A stretch of 64,000 nt of DNA from the NCBI GenBank assembly GCA_030295235.1, contig AP026164.1, positions 2,356,001 to 2,420,000 on the forward strand, written 5' to 3'. The notes beneath the pieces were generated by a model. The model ran no database searches. It was given only the letters and a program-made list of their open reading frames with translations, and was not told the DNA's origin. Positions 61,563 to 64,000 of this stretch are shown here, in pieces (positions within the stretch are counted from its first letter, which is position 1; the number at the start of each line of letters is the position of its first letter). Position numbers and translations under genes: made by a program. This stretch comes from Fistulifera solaris (lineage: Eukaryota).

Positions 61563-63153
61563 ATGATATCACAAGAATACTTTGATGAGATCTATCTCGA
61601 AAATGTCGAAGCCTTTGATTTGTCGCCTGAAGAGGCAATTGAAGAAACATTACAACAATTACAGAAACAGCAATCCATCAGCTTTTTACAGCATTTGACA
61701 TTGACGCCTGTAGATAGTGAAATCGGAAAAGAAATACGACAAAAGCGCGCTGAATTTTTGCAAGCCGTTGAGGAGTCGTCTCGTCAAATGCCCTTTCTCT
61801 TGATGCGATCTTGTTTGAACGAGGACAAAACTCCACCAGAACAAATCGAAATGTATCGACATTTGATTGTACGTGTGCAACCAGGACTCGCTACTGTATT
61901 ACTGCACATGTTCGAGGATCCTGAAGCGAAGGCACTCGAACTGGTGGTGAACGATCTTTACAACTCACACCTTTGTATCCGGGAGTGTTACCGTCTTGTT
62001 CGACCGGCTTTTCTTCGGAATTGAGAAACTCTATTTCACCATTATTGGTTTCATCCTGCTTGAAAGAGTTGGACAGAATCCTTCAAGAAGAGAATGGTGG
62101 CGACCATTATTTGGAGCACTTGGTGACGCTGGGTTACTGGTCGTGTCGGCATTGTGAAAGTAACAAGCAAACGTGGATGAATACGTCCATTGCGGACGGA
62201 GAAGAAACAAAAGCGAAAACTCTGGCACCATTGTTGGTCGCTATGCTCCGCAAACCAAATGTTTCGAAACAACTCATTCGCGGCAGTGGGGAATTGGATC
62301 ATTTTACTCTGTACCTTTGATGAATTCCGCTCGTCGTCGTCCGATAGACCCGCCGTACAAGCATCGCATCAAAATGTGGGTCGATTGGCGGAACACGGGG
62401 CCATTGTTGCATTGTACCAACATATCTCCCCCGGCAACGCTGCTATTTTGTTCTCGGCACTCCAGCGCCATGGCCATTCAAGATGATACGGTGCAAACCA
62501 TGGTCGCCATGGGCATTGTGGCATCGGCAGTGGAAGCCTGGAGGCAATGTACCGATGACACGGCCTTGGCGACAGCGTTGATGGGCCTTTTCCGAACTTA
62601 TGTGCCAATGATGATTTGAAAACATCGCTGTGTCGCGGAACCGACTGGTCGATTGTGAATGGTCCTCTGCCGTCTTCTCTGCGACGGCAATCGGCACTGT
62701 TGGCGGAGCACATTTGTGGGACGGTAGCTGCCATGACTTTCGCGACAACCGGAGAATGGGCATCATTTAGTAAAGGCCGAATGGCATAAAAGTGTTGTAG
62801 AAGCTATGGAACATTACAAAGAACGAGGGTCCTTGCAACGTCAGGGAGCATTGGCGATTCGGAATTTAGTGAGTCGATCCAAAGAATTGCAAGTACACAT
62901 TTTACAAGCAGGGGCAGAAGCCGTGTTGTACAAGGCGGCGGCCAATCACGTGAATTGTCAAGACGAAATTTATGCAGCATTACGGGATTTAGACTTGGTC
63001 CAGCCGGGCAGCATGCGAAATAATGGCAGTAGTGGAAGGAAAGGTAGTGGCTCAAGAGAACACCCAGTTTCTCACGTATCGACGGACAGAAACAGAAATT
63101 CTGTCAACCAAGTCGCTACGTTTAGCAACAACAGAAGAGGAAGTATCTGGTAG
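61563..63153 (+). CDS. ARMC6: Armadillo repeat-containing protein 6
   Basis: ISQEYFDEIYLENVEAFDLSPEEAIEETLQQL N-terminal motif and LQRQGALAIRNLVSR..AALRDL C-terminal motif; multiple frameshifts; 3' end uncertain. Confidence 0.8.
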
Positions 63154-63264
63154 AGCTAAGACGATAAACAGTCAAAGTTTTTCCAAACAACAATATTATG
63201 AAGCCTTTACAAATCCGACAAATGAACAAGGTGGAATCTCACTGGGTGATGGTTCCGCCGAGAA

Positions 63265-63525
63265 TGTCACTCTGCCATCGGACTAGGTCTTGTTTTATCT
63301 TGAAATTCTGAGCTCACGTATGTGGCTCTAACATTCTTGTATCGCGTTGCTTGCAAACCTTTCACGCCTTCACGATCAACCCAAATCGTTGCAAAGACCC
63401 TTGGGCCTCGCCCCAAGAGGTTACATTCGGATGCTTCCGATTTGGGGATCGGAATTAGCATTAGGTCGTGCGGCCATATTGGCTGAGTCCCTAGTAGTCT
63501 GCCCGCTATCCGCATTTCCGTGACA
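63265..63525 (-). repeat. 3' LTR (261 bp)
   Basis: Starts immediately after the PPT with TGTCAC and ends GTGACA (6-bp terminal inverted repeats). Confidence 0.85.
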
Positions 63526-64000
63526 CTCCCTCTCAGACGAAGAGGGATCACTTTCAACCCAACCCATTAACTTGTCTCCGAAGATAGGTAAACGTTTCCC
63601 TAGGCAATCCTTTCGTCATGATATCCGCGAAGCTGTTCTTTAGTGTCAATCTTGTTGATTTTCAATTCACCACTTTGAACATGTTGTCGGAAGAAATGAT
63701 ATTCGTGCCATAGTGCTTCGAGCGAGGGGTCATCCAGCGGAATTGTAGCAAGAGTGAGCTCCATTGTTGTCTTCAAATACATCCGAATGGGCAATGCTCT
63801 CGACTTGGTCTTCTCCAGTAATAGCCTTAGCAACAGCAGTAACAAGTCTTCGCATCGGCAAAACATCGCGCATGGCGGTACTCAATGCGACATATTCACT
63901 CTCCATCGTACTTAGAGAGATTTCAGACTGTAGCTTCGATACCCAAAGTAGGGGGCAATTGCCGAGCGTCAAAATATAACCAGTACGCGACTTCACACTT
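63265..64000 (-). mobile_element. Ty1/Copia LTR retrotransposon, 3' end (RNase H, PPT, 3' LTR)
   Basis: SRTGY..W.SKLQSEISLSTMESEYVAL..FEDNNGA..YHFFRQHV..IDTKEQL Copia RNase H; polypurine tract GAGAGGGAG at 63526-63534. Confidence 0.93.

Noticed and set aside
928..63153. Frequent frameshifts suggesting programmed frameshifting or mass pseudogenisation
   Set aside because: They are mostly 1-nt indels in homopolymer runs and hit essential genes (EF-Tu, H2A) with otherwise conserved sequence, which is typical of unpolished long-read consensus

Overview
Gene-dense eukaryotic nuclear DNA, most likely from a pennate diatom. This rests on short GT-AG introns, signal peptide + ASAF-like plastid targeting motifs, an EF-hand KEA3-type antiporter, a cyclase-PDE fusion, TM-LRR paralogues and a Copia element. 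About 30 protein genes are recognisable, including RPL7A, mitochondrial EF-Tu, a SOD1-fold protein, a cyclase/PDE, DNAJC21, a WW-GT7 galactosyltransferase, KEA3, H2A.X, RRN7/TAF1B, two ALDHs, an HMG-box protein, WAPL, a FetB-FetA ABC fusion, two LRR proteins, two B12D/NDUFA4 paralogues, a metallophosphoesterase, TMEM184, a DDHD lipase, a GST-omega-like GHR and ARMC6. The window ends in the 3' part of a Ty1/Copia element with an intact 261-bp LTR. Many genes carry 1-nt indels in homopolymers, best read as long-read consensus errors. Most interesting: a SOD1-fold protein lacking all four Cu ligands, a WW-domain GT7 with no membrane anchor and a putative NLS, a TM-anchored double HMG-box protein, a fused FetAB transporter preceded by a 34-bp hairpin array, and two dispersed intergenic motif families. 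All calls come from reading the sequence; no database search was run.
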